Assembly: GCA_002633005.1 (NCBI GenBank)
Contig: NMRA01000568.1
Location: forward strand, 62,001 to 126,000
Direction: 5' to 3'
Origin: Phoronis australis
Taxonomy: Eukaryota; Animalia; Phoronida
Length of the DNA: 64,000 bases
A program made the position numbers and the translations under genes. Below are positions 13,984 through 28,900 of this stretch, piece after piece. Every line of letters begins with the position of its first letter. Positions within the stretch are counted from its first letter, which is position 1. The notes below the pieces were generated by a model that saw nothing but the letters and a program-made list of their open reading frames with translations, made no database searches and was not told the DNA's origin.

Positions 13984-16900
13984 CTGTGGGCAGAACGGGA
14001 CTACGTATACAGAAAATCAGCAATGGAAACTGAGTCCCGAGTTTCAGTTCAAGGCCAGTCCCAGCAAAACAATTAATTTCATTTCTCACCAGGTTTCAAT
14101 GGATTGATATATTTCTTCTCCACTGAGGGTCTTCTAATTTCATCTCGGCAGATAATGACTTTTATTTTTAGACCACGGTGAAATTGAATCCCATATTGCG
14201 GTGGGATAACTGAGAACTCAACAAACAAGTATTCACAATGTTCAGTAATGGAAGAGTAATTCGTATTTATTTCTCTGGAAAAATATGAAAATGTTGCAGC
14301 CTTACTTTGTTAAGCTCTTCGTCTCGTTTCTTCCCTGGTTGCATTTGGCGAATCTTAGGTGGGAGATACCAAAAGCACACGTTGGTTGACTCAGGCTGGA
14401 ACAAACAGTCACCAAAGATAAAGGTACAATGCACTTTTCTAAACTTTAGTTTTGATAATTCGCCCACATTATGTTATTGACATGTATCTTACCTGCCGTA
14501 TTGCTCTGCTATTCACGCTGTCCCTCACTTTATAATGTGAAGGTTGAATATAGTATTCAGATTCCCAAAGAACTCCATATTTGTTACTGTACGGGTCATG
14601 TTCTGGGCACTTGCAAATTTGTTTAATGTTTAATGTTTCGAACAAATTAGAAGCAAGAACTGGAAATAAAAACGACGTTAGAGTGCAGCATGAAAATGAG
14701 GTTTCAACATTAGGCAAATATCGTGGTCATGTACAACTGTCGAACAGAATAAAACAGTTTAACATCCCCGGCTACTCACACATAGACTCGGACAAAGTAT
14801 AACAAATATCATGATATTTATATGATCCATTGACGTGTATGAAGCAGGTTTCAGCGCTTTTTTACCTTTATATACAGTTTTGTTGACTGCTGTTACACAC
14901 GTCCTATTTTCACCACCAAATTGTTTTCATCACCAAACTGTTTTCCCCACCAAACTGTTTTCACCACCAAACTGTTTTCACCACCAAACTGTTTTCATCA
15001 CCAAACTGTTTTCTCCACCAAATTGTTTTCACCACCAAACTGTTTTCACCACCAAACTGTTTTCTGTATTCTCGCCAAGACACAGGCAGTTTTGCAGTGT
15101 TATTTCTTTGTGTTGATCGAAAATATGTCCGCTAGCGTTGTACGGTAGTTACAATATGTCCGCTAGCGTTGTACGGTAGTTACAATATGTCCGCTAGCGT
15201 TGTACGGTAGTTACAATATGCCGCTAGCGTTGCACGGTAGTTACAATATGCCGCTAGCGTTGTACGGTAGTTACAATATGTCCGCTAGCGTTGTACGGTA
15301 GTTACAATATGCCGCTAGCGTTGCACGGTAGTTACAATATGCCGCTAGCGTTGTACGGTAGTTACAATATGCCGCTAGCGTTGTACGGTAGTTACAATAT
15401 CCAAACCCAGTATTATTACATGGAAGAACAGCACGTAACATGAACTGAACATTGCTACATGTTAAACAAAAAGAGAGTCAGAATATATTGTCTTTACAAA
15501 TCTGGACTTGGGTACTGTACACGTGCCCAACACACGCAGTCTGCGTGTATTTGCTTCAGTTCCTCAATTGTCCGTCCACATGTGTACTTCTCAACCATCT
15601 GTTGATATCCCCGTGTTTTACATATATATGCATATTTACGCATGCACGCAGGTTTATGGGAGCGTTTATCGATTGATTTTGTCAGTCTACACACACAATA
15701 TGTTTACATGTACCAAATGACATGAAGTCAGTCAAAATGAAAAAGACAAACAAAAACGTAATAAATGAGAAAAATAAAATGTGCTTAGGAAAGATAGCAA
15801 CAAAAATTGAGAGACGTTTTTCTGCTGTGACTCCTTACAAATAACATACAAAATCAAAAATCAAGTAGACGACAAAAACACAAAACAAATGATCTTGTCA
15901 TTTTATTTCATACGCTCAAACTGTTGAATACAAAAATCGTTGTGAATAAGTATTTTTGCCAGTTTCAACGTTTCATCGAGTTTTTGTGCATTGTTTGTGG
16001 CAATGAACAGATAAAAAAATTTGTCAGTGAGAAAGGTTTATAAAAAACGAATTGATGTTTGAAAATATGTCATCGGCAAAAATATAGAAAAAAAAAAACA
16101 ATTAAAATATTTTCAATTCGATGGAAAGATTTACAAAACAAATCGACGCACCTGAAAAGTATAACTCACCTCGTCCAGAAGAAGCAAAAAGTCAGCTCGT
16201 GGCGCCACCTTTTGTACGAGATATCTAAATTATAAATAGTTCTTATGGATACAAGATGGTGGCGCAAAACAACATTAGATGGGTTAAATCACTGATCATT
16301 TTATTTTTATTTGGAATCAAAAACATTGAATGAAGATTAGACCTTATTATAGTATTGGATTATTCCTACGTTGTGCTAGATATGGTGTTTTTTGTCCATT
16401 CGAAGCTGGCCATATTCATGTAGGGGCTGGTGACCTGAGCATACGCTGAAATATTCCAAGTCATAAGTCACTCTATCCGCACAGTTTAACTAAACGCTTA
16501 CTATTTTAAAGGAAAATTATCGGTGAAAAAAAGTGAATTTCTGAGATCAGCCTAAGCGCGGAATAAACCCGGAGCCCCCAAAGTCTCAGTCTACACACGG
16601 AAATTAATTTTAAGCGTATTTAATTGGCAAAGTCTTGATATTAACGGCAGACAAAGGACAGAATTGGGGACTTGTAAAGAAATCGCAAAACAATTAATTT
16701 TGTTGCTTCATAGCTCTGGTCAAATCTAACAACTTCAAGAAATCTATCCCTTTTAAGAATAATCCAAAAATGCTTTTTCGGCCGTAAAAGCGATTATGTC
16801 CATTAAAAAGAAATCTGCATCGATGAAACAAATTGGACGGAGACGGTCAGCATTAAATCATCTTAGACAATCTGGACCGCGGGGGATTTTGTACACGCTC

Positions 16901-19900
16901 TCCATGTTTTTGTAAAATTATCTGATTGATTCGAATTGTGTTTTGAAATATAAGGAATTAATGTCTTGGTCACAGAACCCGTGTCGAAAGCCACCGGTCA
17001 TCCATCTCAACGGAATCGGGAGAATCTCATTTATATACATGTACCCTTATTCAGAATTTGGTAATTTCATAGAATATCATAGAAAATCGTGTGCCGATTT
17101 CAAAACAAATCATTAACGTTCCTCCAGGAATAAACGCCTTTTCATTCTGAAATTTTAGAGAAATGCGTGACTTATATTTCAGTTTTTACGTGGAAATGAT
17201 CTCATAGATTGAAACATACATTCCGACGTTGCCGATCAATTGAAGAATGTCATGGCGAAACCAATAAATTGAGCATCTCTCTATAGTGTATGAGTTCTGA
17301 GACGAGTTAACCCCCATTGTCTTATGCGCACGTAAAAAGTGAGGGTAAACAATTTCCTTTTAGGTAGGGGGAGGGTTATTTTGCAATTTAACGCTATTTG
17401 AGTCACTTTGCCGGAAACTTGCAAAACCGTGTATTGCACTGGCGTTTAATATGGCACTGTGCTGCTGGGCATGCGCGAAACTCTGCCGGGGCGAAAAACT
17501 TCTGCTCATGAAACAGAAACTTTAAATTTTCTTCCATTGTATAATAGGCATCCCCAGCACGAAGCGAACTTTTGATTTAAACCAATTAAGGATATGAAAT
17601 TAGTGTCAACATGACACGTGATCTCTGACACCATGCTCATTGTGACACGTCAAATTGGAGAGAATGGTCTTGAGCAGTGACGTCACATTTTCAAAACAGC
17701 GAAATCATCTCTAATTTGATAAAGGAACAGTTTCAGTCTAATTTTATCATGGAATCTGGTCTTAGTATGTTTTATTATGGAGGGCAGGTGTGTAACCAAT
17801 TTAGCGTTTCTGCTTCAAAAAGCAATCACATTCAGTGGGGGCCACTTTGTTAGTCAACGCTAGGAACCAATATAGTTGGTTGAACCATATTAGTTCCTAG
17901 GTCAACACTAGCAAGGCTCTCGCCTATTCGCGAAAAACTCACCTTTTATTCGTTTGAGTTAGCAAAATCATGCACGCTCTTGTCAAACTCTCAAGCAACT
18001 AGCTCTTAAAACCTGTATGATCAAGCGACCTCTAGTTTCATGGGCGCATACACGGGGGCTCGGGGGGGGGGCTCCAGTTTGGAGAATAGGGCAAAAAGGT
18101 CCGCCTCAGTGAAACAAAAAGTCCGAGTAAACGGAACAAAAGTCCACAAAATTCACCGGAAGTCGGCGCGGATGCACGGTGCGTGGGCCTGAACCTAGTG
18201 GCCCCGTTTTTTTAGTCCTCATAAATTTCGACTAAGCCATTAAGGAGTTTCAGTTTCCATGCCACTCTTGGGATGTGATATGTGATATTACGTTGCTTCA
18301 CTTGCATTGGGTAATAATTATCTGGATCATATACATGCTTCTCTACAGTCTTAGGTCTCTTTAGTTAAATAGGGCACCAACTTATCTGTTTTGTTTGTCA
18401 GCAGTTAGAGACCTTCTTCCATGCACCTACAGACAACTTGAGAACCCAACCTTTCACCTTTACCTTGCAACACCTGCAAGAAGCTGGCATGCTTGGCTCT
18501 GCCAAAAACAGGATGCACGTGCTCCTTGGCTCACAAGGTAGTCGATAGCTTTTCGTTACCATCCATAATAACATGAACTTTTAACCCCAGGCTTTGGCCC
18601 ACTGAGTTGGCCTGCGCAGTTTTTTGAACTCGCCAATCTTTTAATTTGGGGCTTGGTTAGAATTTTAATGAATGCTTGTCTACACGAGAGTATTGGGAGT
18701 ACACCGAAGACTGCGCATGCTCTTTATCGGCTACTTGAACATCGTCATGGACGGCTACAATTTTAACTTGGCAAACTGTTGCAATGTTGTCCAGTACCTA
18801 CCGAGCCATGTCAAATATATGATTGATCTGATATTCCATGCCTTTGTCTCCTTTCGCACGCCACATCAACCAAAGCTTGAACACGTCGTTATGTCGGCCA
18901 CATTGAATAGCTTTATCGCCGGTGTCGTACTTTACATCATAGTTCTTGTCTTGCTGAAACAGATAGTTGGCGCTCATGCTGTTGGCGTCAGCGAGCATGC
19001 CCTGGAACATACATAAGAATACATGTCGTTATTGATCCCGTGATGTCAGCTGCAGCATCGTCGTCAGCGGCAACAGCGGCGACGTCGTCGTGTCATAGTG
19101 TCATTTATGTATAGTGTCAAACAGTAAACAGATGTTCCATTTAACATAACGTGAATGGGTTCAGGGATAGGAAACAAAAGTAATATCTTAATTTTGATAT
19201 TGCTTAGCGTTGTATCCGGCACCCTTGTATGTACTAATACGCTGCTAACGTTTTCTCCACGAAACCATTACTCACCTGATGACGCAATAGGATGGCGGAA
19301 CACTGCAGCGTAGCGCCCATCATTTTATGTGGGTTCCATGTCACCGAGTCCGCTCTATAAATATTTGTCAAAATTTGCAATAAAAGCACAGAAGTAAAGA
19401 ATAAACAAATCGAGGTAACCTAGAGTCCAACAAACATCTCTCCTAGTTTCAATTTCTGTAATTTGAGTGTCAGTGAGAAATACACCGGTCCTGTTTGAAC
19501 GTGATTTGCAACAACAAAAGAATTGCGGCTAAGCTAGCTTAACAACCCTCAATTTCACTGGATAGTGTCCATTTAGCAAGGACACGGGGTCATGCACTTC
19601 ACAGTTTTAAAACTGTAGGCCTACTCAGTTTAAATTGGGCTAATCCGTCATTGTAACACACTGCATTTACAACTCCGAAGTGTCAGTAACACAAATGATC
19701 TCGGACCTACCTTTCAATACCGTCCAGCTTATGTCTTTGTCTCCGAGACATCAGTAGACCTCCACCCCATGCAGCCTAAGGGAAAGCAAATTATTACACA
19801 CCAAATGTCACTATAAATAATTACAATAATTATATGAGGGAACGCAATACACTAATGTTTGTTAATGTCACAGGTCTTCAGATTTTACGACCACAAGATT

Positions 19901-22900
19901 TTGTTCTGTCAGGACTGAGAGGAACTACGCGGCGGTCATTCCAAACTCTTCTCTTTTAGAACGTGCCTGTATTTCAATATGACGTGGTTGTCAAAATGTC
20001 TAGTCAGCAAATGTCCACCCGTGCAACCACCGGACACGAAATTCTAAATTACATTTTGGGAAGGAAATTCTGTGGGGAAATGAAGATCGATGTCAACAAG
20101 CCGAAAAATGTCCATGTGTATTTTTAGGCAAATTAGTAACCGCCCTAACCAAACCTTAGGCATTTTGCAGCATCTCAATGACTGCTTCATAACTTTAATC
20201 GCATTTAGTTTATATACTTATATTTTAAAATGTTACAACAGAATCATTTACTGGGTAATTAATTGTATCTGGCGTGTACTAGAGTACTAATTATATGTAG
20301 TGTGTACTAGAGTACTAATTATATGTAGTGTGTACTAGAGTACTAATTACATGTAGTGTGTACTAGAGTACTAATTGTATCTAGTGTGTTCTAGAGAACT
20401 AATTGTATCTAGTGCGTACTAGAGTATTGATTGTATCTAATGTGTTCTAGTGTACTAATTATATCTAGTGTATAAGAGGGTACTAATTGTGTCAAGTGCG
20501 TACTAGAGTATTGATTGTATCTAATGTGTTCTAGTGTACTAATTATATCTAGTGTATAAGAGGGTACTAATTGTGTCAAGTGCGTACTAGAGTATTGATT
20601 GTATCTAGTGTGTTCTAGTGTACTAATCATATCTAGTGTATAAGAGGGTACTAATTGTGTCAAGTGTGTACTAGAGTATTAATTGTATCTAGTGTGTACT
20701 AGAGCACAAATAAACGGACCGTCAGTAAAATTCCATAACATGAAAGTTTGAATTTTAATCATCATTTCAGTGAAAAAATCAAACCAAATGATGACACTGA
20801 TAAAATACTACTTAAGTAGAGAGGAAATTTGGCTGCGCAAGATCCATCATTTCAATTATGCACTTTCCTTAAAACTTTTATAAGACAACTGCTTTGATTC
20901 TTCTTCGTCCTCTTCACAAACATCGGCCAGAAAGAGATAAACAGTGAATTAGTTTAGGATAGGACCACGTGATCACACTGGAATTAGCATTCGTTCAACA
21001 TTTCCCACTTAATTTGTTTTTCGTCACATGGTTTTTGATGTTCAATCGTTGGTTCACCAGCCTGTCAGTATATAAGGTAACATTGTGAGGTAGCCCTTGA
21101 GTATGAGGCCTTTGTGCTGACAGGCGTAAGAAGAGGAGAGCAAGGTTAATTATAAACTTGTAAGGGAGAATTATTTCGATTTCCCTAACCATCTCGCAAC
21201 TTCCTGACGAACAACATCTACTGGCGACTCACGACCCTAGCTACATATGATAACTCAGATAAATTCTGAAACCCAATCGCAATATGACACTTGTTTCGTT
21301 ACCGGCTTTGAATCAGGCTCTCATCATTTTTTTACCTTTTAATGTACTTGTGTAATCCAAAATCAGATATAATTTTTGTTAAATAACACATACACGGTGA
21401 ACCATAAATAGACTTGCAAGAACTTACAAAGTACTTCCTTAAGCCCTCGTCTGCAGGGCCTATTCTTCAACACCGCCATAGCTTCTAGTCTGTACGAACT
21501 TGTAGAAGATATTAAATTAAGATATTTTCAATATTTTGAGGATGCTTTGTACACCCAGATATATTTGCAAGTTCGTGAAGAGATGGTGTCGAAGCTATTA
21601 GAGCCCTAAGAATGTTTGCCGCTCGCAGACGATGATTTTTCGACTCTATCCTCTACAAGAAAGCATCAATGATTTTAAAACCGTTATGGGATATCCGGAG
21701 CGTGCACGGCGGCCATTTCCCGACTCAACTAAAAAGGACACTGAACCACGTATGGTGATGTAACTCAAAACGTCTTGACCTACGTCCACGTGCAGCCAGA
21801 GTCCATACTTTTCACAGACGTCAGCGACCTCTGTCAGCGGATCAATAGCTCCATAGACAGTGGTGCAAGCCGTGGCATTGACGAAGAACGGCTGAGCATC
21901 CTCTTTAATGGCTTCACAAATTTTTTCTTCCAAATTTGCAACAATCATCTTGCCCCTGAAATTTACAAAATCGTTTTCGCAGGCATAATACCACAGGCGC
22001 TTGGGTTTATCGCAAATGACGTCACTCAATAATATATATAAGAAAACATAAAGGTTGGACACTTAAACTTTGCCAAGCCGAGGCTCCCAACTTCAACCGT
22101 CCAAAATCCGAATAAAATCTGCGTGCACCTCCCTCAGTCTGATGTTGCATAAAACTTCGAAGCCTTATCTTTCCTAGATCTCATTAACTGTCTTCGTGAG
22201 TGGTGAATTGGCGATGGAATTTCCAAAACAATCTCAAAACTCTGAATTCAAGGAAATGAAATAGTAAACATGGCGGATTTCAGTTGTGCTTCAACTTGTA
22301 CGCCTGTCGTAGGTGAAACTTCGAGTTTGAGCAAGCAACCTATATTTCAAATTCAATAATTCTAATCCAAAACTCAACTAATTGAAAATGTTACAGTTCG
22401 TATTTTAATGATTATTTGTAACTTTATTCCACTGACGGCTCATTTTAGCCCTTAAAGGCGAAGGCAACCCTTTTCCATGTCATTTTGAGCTAAAATAAGG
22501 TGGGTTGGTTATCCTAGACATATTTTCCACGTAATTACAGCTTTTCGTAATTTTATTAATTACTCGTCCTCTACTGCGGAAGTGACGTTTTAGGAGGCAA
22601 GCGTTTCCCGCCACTTGGTTTTGCGTTGACTTTACCGTGCGAATCTGTTCTATTCTACTTTTGTTTTGTGCTGTTTTTCAACAATTGTCGCCACCACTTT
22701 CCATCGGCGAGTATTCTGCGGCAAGATAGGTTAGTAGAGAACTCAACTACGTTGGATTTAGGGANNNNNNNNNNNNNNNNNNNNNNNNNNNNNNNNNNNN
22801 NNNNNNNNNNNNNNNNNNNNNNNNNNNNNNNNNNNNNNNNNNNNNNNNNNNNNNNNNNNNNNNNNNNNNNNNNNNNNNNNNNNNNNNNNNNNNNNNNNNN

Positions 22901-25900
22901 NNNNNNNNNNNNNNNNNNNNNNNNNNNNNNNNNNNNNNNNNNNNNNNNNNNNNNNNNNNNNNNNNNNNNNNNNNNNNNNNNNNNNNNNNNNNNNNNNNNN
23001 NNNNNNNNNNNNNNNNNNNNNNNNNNNNNNNNNNNNNNNNNNNNNNNNNNNNNNNNNNNNNNNNNNNNNNNNNNNNNNNNNNNNNNNNNNNNNNNNNNNN
23101 NNNNNNNNNNNNNNNNNNNNNNNNNNNNNNNNNNNNNNNNNNNNNNNNNNNNNNNNNNNNNNNNNNNNNNNNNNNNNNNNNNNNNNNNNNNNNNNNNNNN
23201 NNNNNNNNNNNNNNNNNNNNNNNNNNNNNNNNNNNNNNNNNNNNNNNNNNNNNNNNNNNNNNNNNNNNNNNNNNNNNNNNNNNNNNNNNNNNNNNNNNNN
23301 NNNNNNNNNNNNNNNNNNNNNNNNNNNNNNNNNNNNNNNNNNNNNNNNNNNNNNNNNNNNNNNNNNNNNNNNNNNNNNNNNNNNNNNNNNNNNNNNNNNN
23401 NNNNNNNNNNNNNNNNNNNNNNNNNNNNNNNNNNNNNNNNNNNNNNNNNNNNNNNNNNNNNNNNNNNNNNNNNNNNNNNNNNNNNNNNNNNNNNNNNNNN
23501 NNNNNNNNNNNNNNNNNNNNNNNNNNCAATAAAGTGCTCTCTGCTTCTCATGATCAAGTAGTCGAGGGATTGACGATGAAAGCCGCGCGAAATTAGACTT
23601 TCGGATTTAGCTCGGGAGCGTCCGTCAAAAACCCGGATGTGCGAAGACCGTCTGCCATGACATCACGGAATCACTTCCTTGAATTTGTGATTTTGGCATT
23701 CTTTTGGCATTTTTGTAGCCAAATCACCACTCGAAGGCAATTTAAAGAGATCGAATGAAAGAAAGTATTCTAAGAGTTGTCCGATGCTAGTTTCGTGGAG
23801 TTCCATGCACGTTTGAGTAGAAAATTCTGAGCAAACAGATTTCGAGTGTCCAACCTTTATGTTTTCTTATATATATTACTGAGTGACGTCATTTGCGACA
23901 AACCCAAGCGCCTGTGCATAATACGTGTCTCGTTTGTCACAGTGAAATGCATAATCGAATTTAGAACAGCTAAAGTTCAAAATCAAATGTTGACCATTCT
24001 ACAGTCTTTGTTCATATTTACACTTTTTATGAAATATGGCGCGTTCAAAGAGTACCAGCCCTGAGTCGGTAAATAAATATGGTGCGTTCAAAGAATACCA
24101 GCCCTGAGTCGGTAAATATGACATTTTCCAAAACAAATGAGTAAATTAATTATATCTCGATTCGTTTAATTTCTTGAGAAAAATGTAATTGAATTGTGGG
24201 CCTATCTTCCGCATAAAAATACTGATAGCAGACCAAAAAGTCTTGGTTACAACACTATCTCAGTAAAGGTGATTCACATATTACTGCTTCTTCATAAAAA
24301 GTGCAGAGACCTGACTGTTGATTGCCACTTTTACTACATGAACAGATGTCGGCAGAAGTCGCTTTAATTTAGTATCATTAGAACAATATTCGTTAATTTT
24401 TTAGGGACGTGTGGAACGCTCACAAGAAATTTCGAATTTGTGGAATCTTTGTTAAAATGAAAAATTGCACACATAAGACCATAAAAATAATAAAGCTCCA
24501 GGGTAGAGAGAAACCATGTCTGATGACTGGTATTTTTACGACACAAACTACCTTTTTGAACAATTATAAAACTGTGTTTTATTTTCAATTAAATTGAAGT
24601 TTAATTATACTAGATGGGCTAATATTGAAAATGTCCATCCTTAATCATAAATGTGTCTAACATTTGCCCAAAGACATGTCAGTCTCAGACACTTGTAATG
24701 TTCTTTGTGCACAAGTCGTACAATGAGCCACCTTGTGTCAACTCAAGAAGTAATGTTGTAACAACAAATCTGGAAAATATCGATTTTACTATCGAAAAAA
24801 GTCATTTTTGGATTATTGTTGAATGGAATTTGCTTTTTTGAAATCAATAGCTTTGGCCAGATTTACAACAAGTTGTGTTGTTGCGGCAGAAATTATCGAA
24901 AGTCAAACTTGGCGTCTGTACCAGTAAAATATGCTTAAAATAATTTGCCATCGGGTAGGCATTATCCCCGGATGCAGAGCGTTAGGCTGTAACTCTGCAG
25001 GGAGGTTACAGGTTCCAGTCATCGATGAGCCTAAGATAATAAAATTTCTTTTCTCGCCCATAATGCTCCTTTAAAATTTTGAGACGAGAAATCAATTTAA
25101 ACACAGTCTCCTGTAGGCCCCCATGGAAAGCAGTGTGAACTGATGTGGCTACCCTCATTGTAAATATTACATAAATAAATAAATAAATAAATCCTGAAAA
25201 TAAAAGTTACCATTCGTCTGTTTTGACGGATACAACGTTGTCAGAACCCAAACCCAGGACAACACCGGCTTTCTTGAAAGAAAAGTGGCTCTGTAATAAT
25301 GAATGTTCAGTTCAACATTTCTTTGTGACGTCATTCCGTAGTATTCCAATATCATGCAGCATAACTCTAAACGTCACAGTTATAGCACAACAACATGAAG
25401 AAAATACAAACATGCCCAAAGAGCCAACTATTTCTCTGTCTTGATGCCCCAACAATCAGCAACATTTCAATGTTAAAACACAAATGGGAGAATGGTCTTG
25501 TTGAAAAATGTTGGGTTGTAGCACTTAGCAGCATGATGAAGTTTCATAAGAAGTTTCATGTTTTTACACAAATGTTGGATTTACCAGTTTTATGCAAGTT
25601 GCACTTTAGGTTTCGAAAATACGTTACTTTTTCTGCTTCATTTGGGTCCCGCAAAACTGTCATTATTATTCAAATTTAATTGACACTTTTCCTATATAAA
25701 GCTGGGAAATACGCACGTGCTCCGAGGTAAAGATCACAAGACGAGGTCCACCATGCAAACCACGTTGTTTTACAACAGGGAGATGGCGCTGACGCGCGAC
25801 ATGTACGGCGTACAGATTCGACATTGCGCCTCCTGAAGCATAAACCCAATTTCAAGATGATGTTTGATATTTCTGGAAAGCATATTACGTTCGCAAATAG

Positions 25901-28900
25901 CAACCGTTGAAATTCACCACCCACGATTGCACTACAAACAGAATACTGCTAAGAGTGTTGACTATTATAATTGATATTTTTATGTGATTAATTAGTGGAT
26001 TGTTTTTGAAGTACAGCGCAATACGTTCTTAATGATATCTTCTATGAACAACTTACAGTACCAGACAACTCCATGCAAGTATAATGAGACGGACGTGACG
26101 CATGTACGCTCGCTCTGAATATTCAGTATCAAATCATTTGATATGACTTAGACTCAATTCAGAATAATTCAATCTTCAATACAGGAAAGCGTGCGGAGGA
26201 AATAGACGAGGACAGTGTGCCAGTCGTGTATTTCCGTCCGACACGAGATAAGCTACAAATACCGTTGGAATTATTGCAGTGATACATTGGAGCGGTGAAG
26301 GGCTGCGTCATTCTGTTTTTAGTGTCCATATTCATGTGGAACACCTGCTTTCTGCTCAGCGCTTGGATGAATTATCTATGCATCATATTCAACGTCGTGG
26401 ATGCTCTAGTACAAAATTAGTCTGCTTCAAAAATGTCTTTTGTGATCTAGACACATAACGAACTACATTTCATACATCCTACGCAGTCGTGAATGACTTT
26501 AAAGCCGACTTTAGACAGGTTTAAGTGTGTGACGCAGGCGTCTACCTGGTGAAAATATCCCGTCGCCATCTTCCCAGCCAATGAGCTGACGCATCTTGTT
26601 CAGAACTACATCCTCCATCAGAGTGAACACTGGCGCCACCTCATAGGTGAACCTGAAATCATTAGCAGGGTTTTTGAGTGACGTATAGGTTCAATATCAC
26701 CAACACTGGTACGGGGGTAGGGACGAAAGCTGATATAGTCAAAGACATTCGGCCGTCATGATTCTAACTCGTGTCACTTCTATAAGGAAAATTACAGTGG
26801 GTCAAACATTACAAATGGAAAACCACCAGTAAAAGCCATAGCTGGTTCTGGTCTGTGTTTTTTGGAAATCGAGTCGGTGGTGCGGTTTTTTGGTTTCTCT
26901 CTTTTTAAAAAAAGAAAATGATGCTACATTTGTTTTTTTTTCAGTGCTCATTGCTTAGCAAATTATGGCGTTTCAAACCTTGCTTTATTACGTGTGCCTC
27001 TGTACAGGTTTTGGAGAAAGAAAAGCAACCAAACCTCGGCTGAAACTGATACAGGCAGTCGTTTTATTCCAGCCAGCACTGCCCTCGAAATGAGTCGGGG
27101 GTAAATAACAAAACCATCCTTGCATTTTTTTACCTACAAATGTAATCGCTGTTTAAAAACGTGAATTAACTGAATATACTCCACTGTCTACATATTTGTA
27201 AGGAAGTTAAGGAGGCCTGGAACGCGAAAAACAAGACTAAATTACATTATTCAAAGTGAATGTCTGGCATTGAAACTGTTCACAAGGGTATTTTTACGAT
27301 TTGTTGGTAAGGATTTTGAATTTTTGTTCATGTCAAAGCATTTTGCCTTTATTTGAGTATAAAATTACATAAAAAACGATCTCTCAACCACTCGTCACTT
27401 GTGTGATTTTTCTCCAACAAGGCATGGACGTAGCACATGCCCCTTATATGGAAAATGTGACCCTTGACTTTTGATGTAAACAAAGTAATGCCGAGTTCAA
27501 GTGGCACCATTTTTTCTTCTTTGAGCACATGCGCGTATATACATCATGGAGGCGGAAAATTTGAAACGTATACGGGATAAAAGAGTTTATATTTCGTCTG
27601 TGTTTCAAAATAGTGAATCGACGATATTTTCCAGTAACTCCTGCAATGTTAATAATGTGACTAACACCCACGTTAGCATCCACAGGATGTAATTTTGCCA
27701 CGATCTGCTTAGAAACCATTTTTACGAGTTTTCGCTTTTCATGCCTCTAAAAGCTCTACTCCCTTATTCATTGTCATTTACGCAAATGTGTAGAATAGGC
27801 GCATGTGCTTAATTCCGGATATAGGCGCAGCATGGGTCAAAATACACGCACATATGGTAAAATGTAACTAATCATGTTTGCAACCTACATATTGGTATTA
27901 GTTGTGGCTGTCAACCAGTCCGCGGCCATGGAAACTACGTCCAAACCACTCGAAAGTTGGTTGAAGAACCGAGGGTGTCCTGGAATGTAGTCGTAATAAC
28001 ATGGCACATGTTGAAAGCTCTCTGAAAAGACTTCAAGGCATTTCTGTTTACGACTGATAAAACATCATTCTTGACAAGTGCTTGTTTGAGATTCATATTT
28101 CTTAACATTTGTGTCAACTAAGAAAACGGAACGTTTTATTTAAAGTATAAATCGTGGACTATTTAATGATGATAACAATCATCACTTGCATTATTTTTTT
28201 CTTTTAATGTTACACAGCTCTATTTGTAGGTGCATTAATTCTTGAATTTCTATCAATATTTGGCTTATTTTCCAGTTCAAAGAGTCATGACGTAAATGAA
28301 CTTATAACAGGAGCTGGTGTTGAGTGAGATAATCCCGCGACCGCTCGGGGAATTATACTGAAGGCTGAAATATAACAGAAATCATTGGGAAATTAATGGA
28401 CTAAGCTTGCTATCAATTATCTCTTAGGTCCCACACACGTATTAAGATCGTCAATCAATACAACAAATGACTGGTATGAGATTAACTTAAAGTGTTATAT
28501 CCAACAAATTAATATCGTTTTCAGTTAAGTACTGCAAACATCTGGAAAGACACATAGAATTTCCCGCGATTAAAGACGGACATTTCTTAAAATACCATCA
28601 GTTATAGATGTTTGTGAGAGACGACGGTCTGAGCAGTGGCCGTAAGAAACTTTTCCTTTCTCGAACACGGACAATTTTTCCATAAATCAATATAAAAGAC
28701 GGATATTTTTAAATGCTGAACTTTATATATGTTTTGATCCGGACGCGAATTAAACAATTTAATGTTTTTCACTTGTAACAATTAATTTTATATATAAAAC
28801 AACAATAATACAGTTTATTTATGCTTGCTAAAACATCATTGATGTTGGACGGTAGAAGAATTACAATAAGTCATTCTGTGTGCATTATATAAGCCTACCT

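Noticed and set aside
7463-20704. Regular short repeats as a possible CRISPR array (7463, 14906, 15122, 20258)
   Set aside because: Contiguous tandem units without unique spacers, eukaryotic context and no cas genes.
21956-26545. Apparent absence of two GAD exons from the ORF track, suggesting a pseudogene
   Set aside because: Both were found by manual translation (25717-25832 and 25211-25290); the frame is complete.
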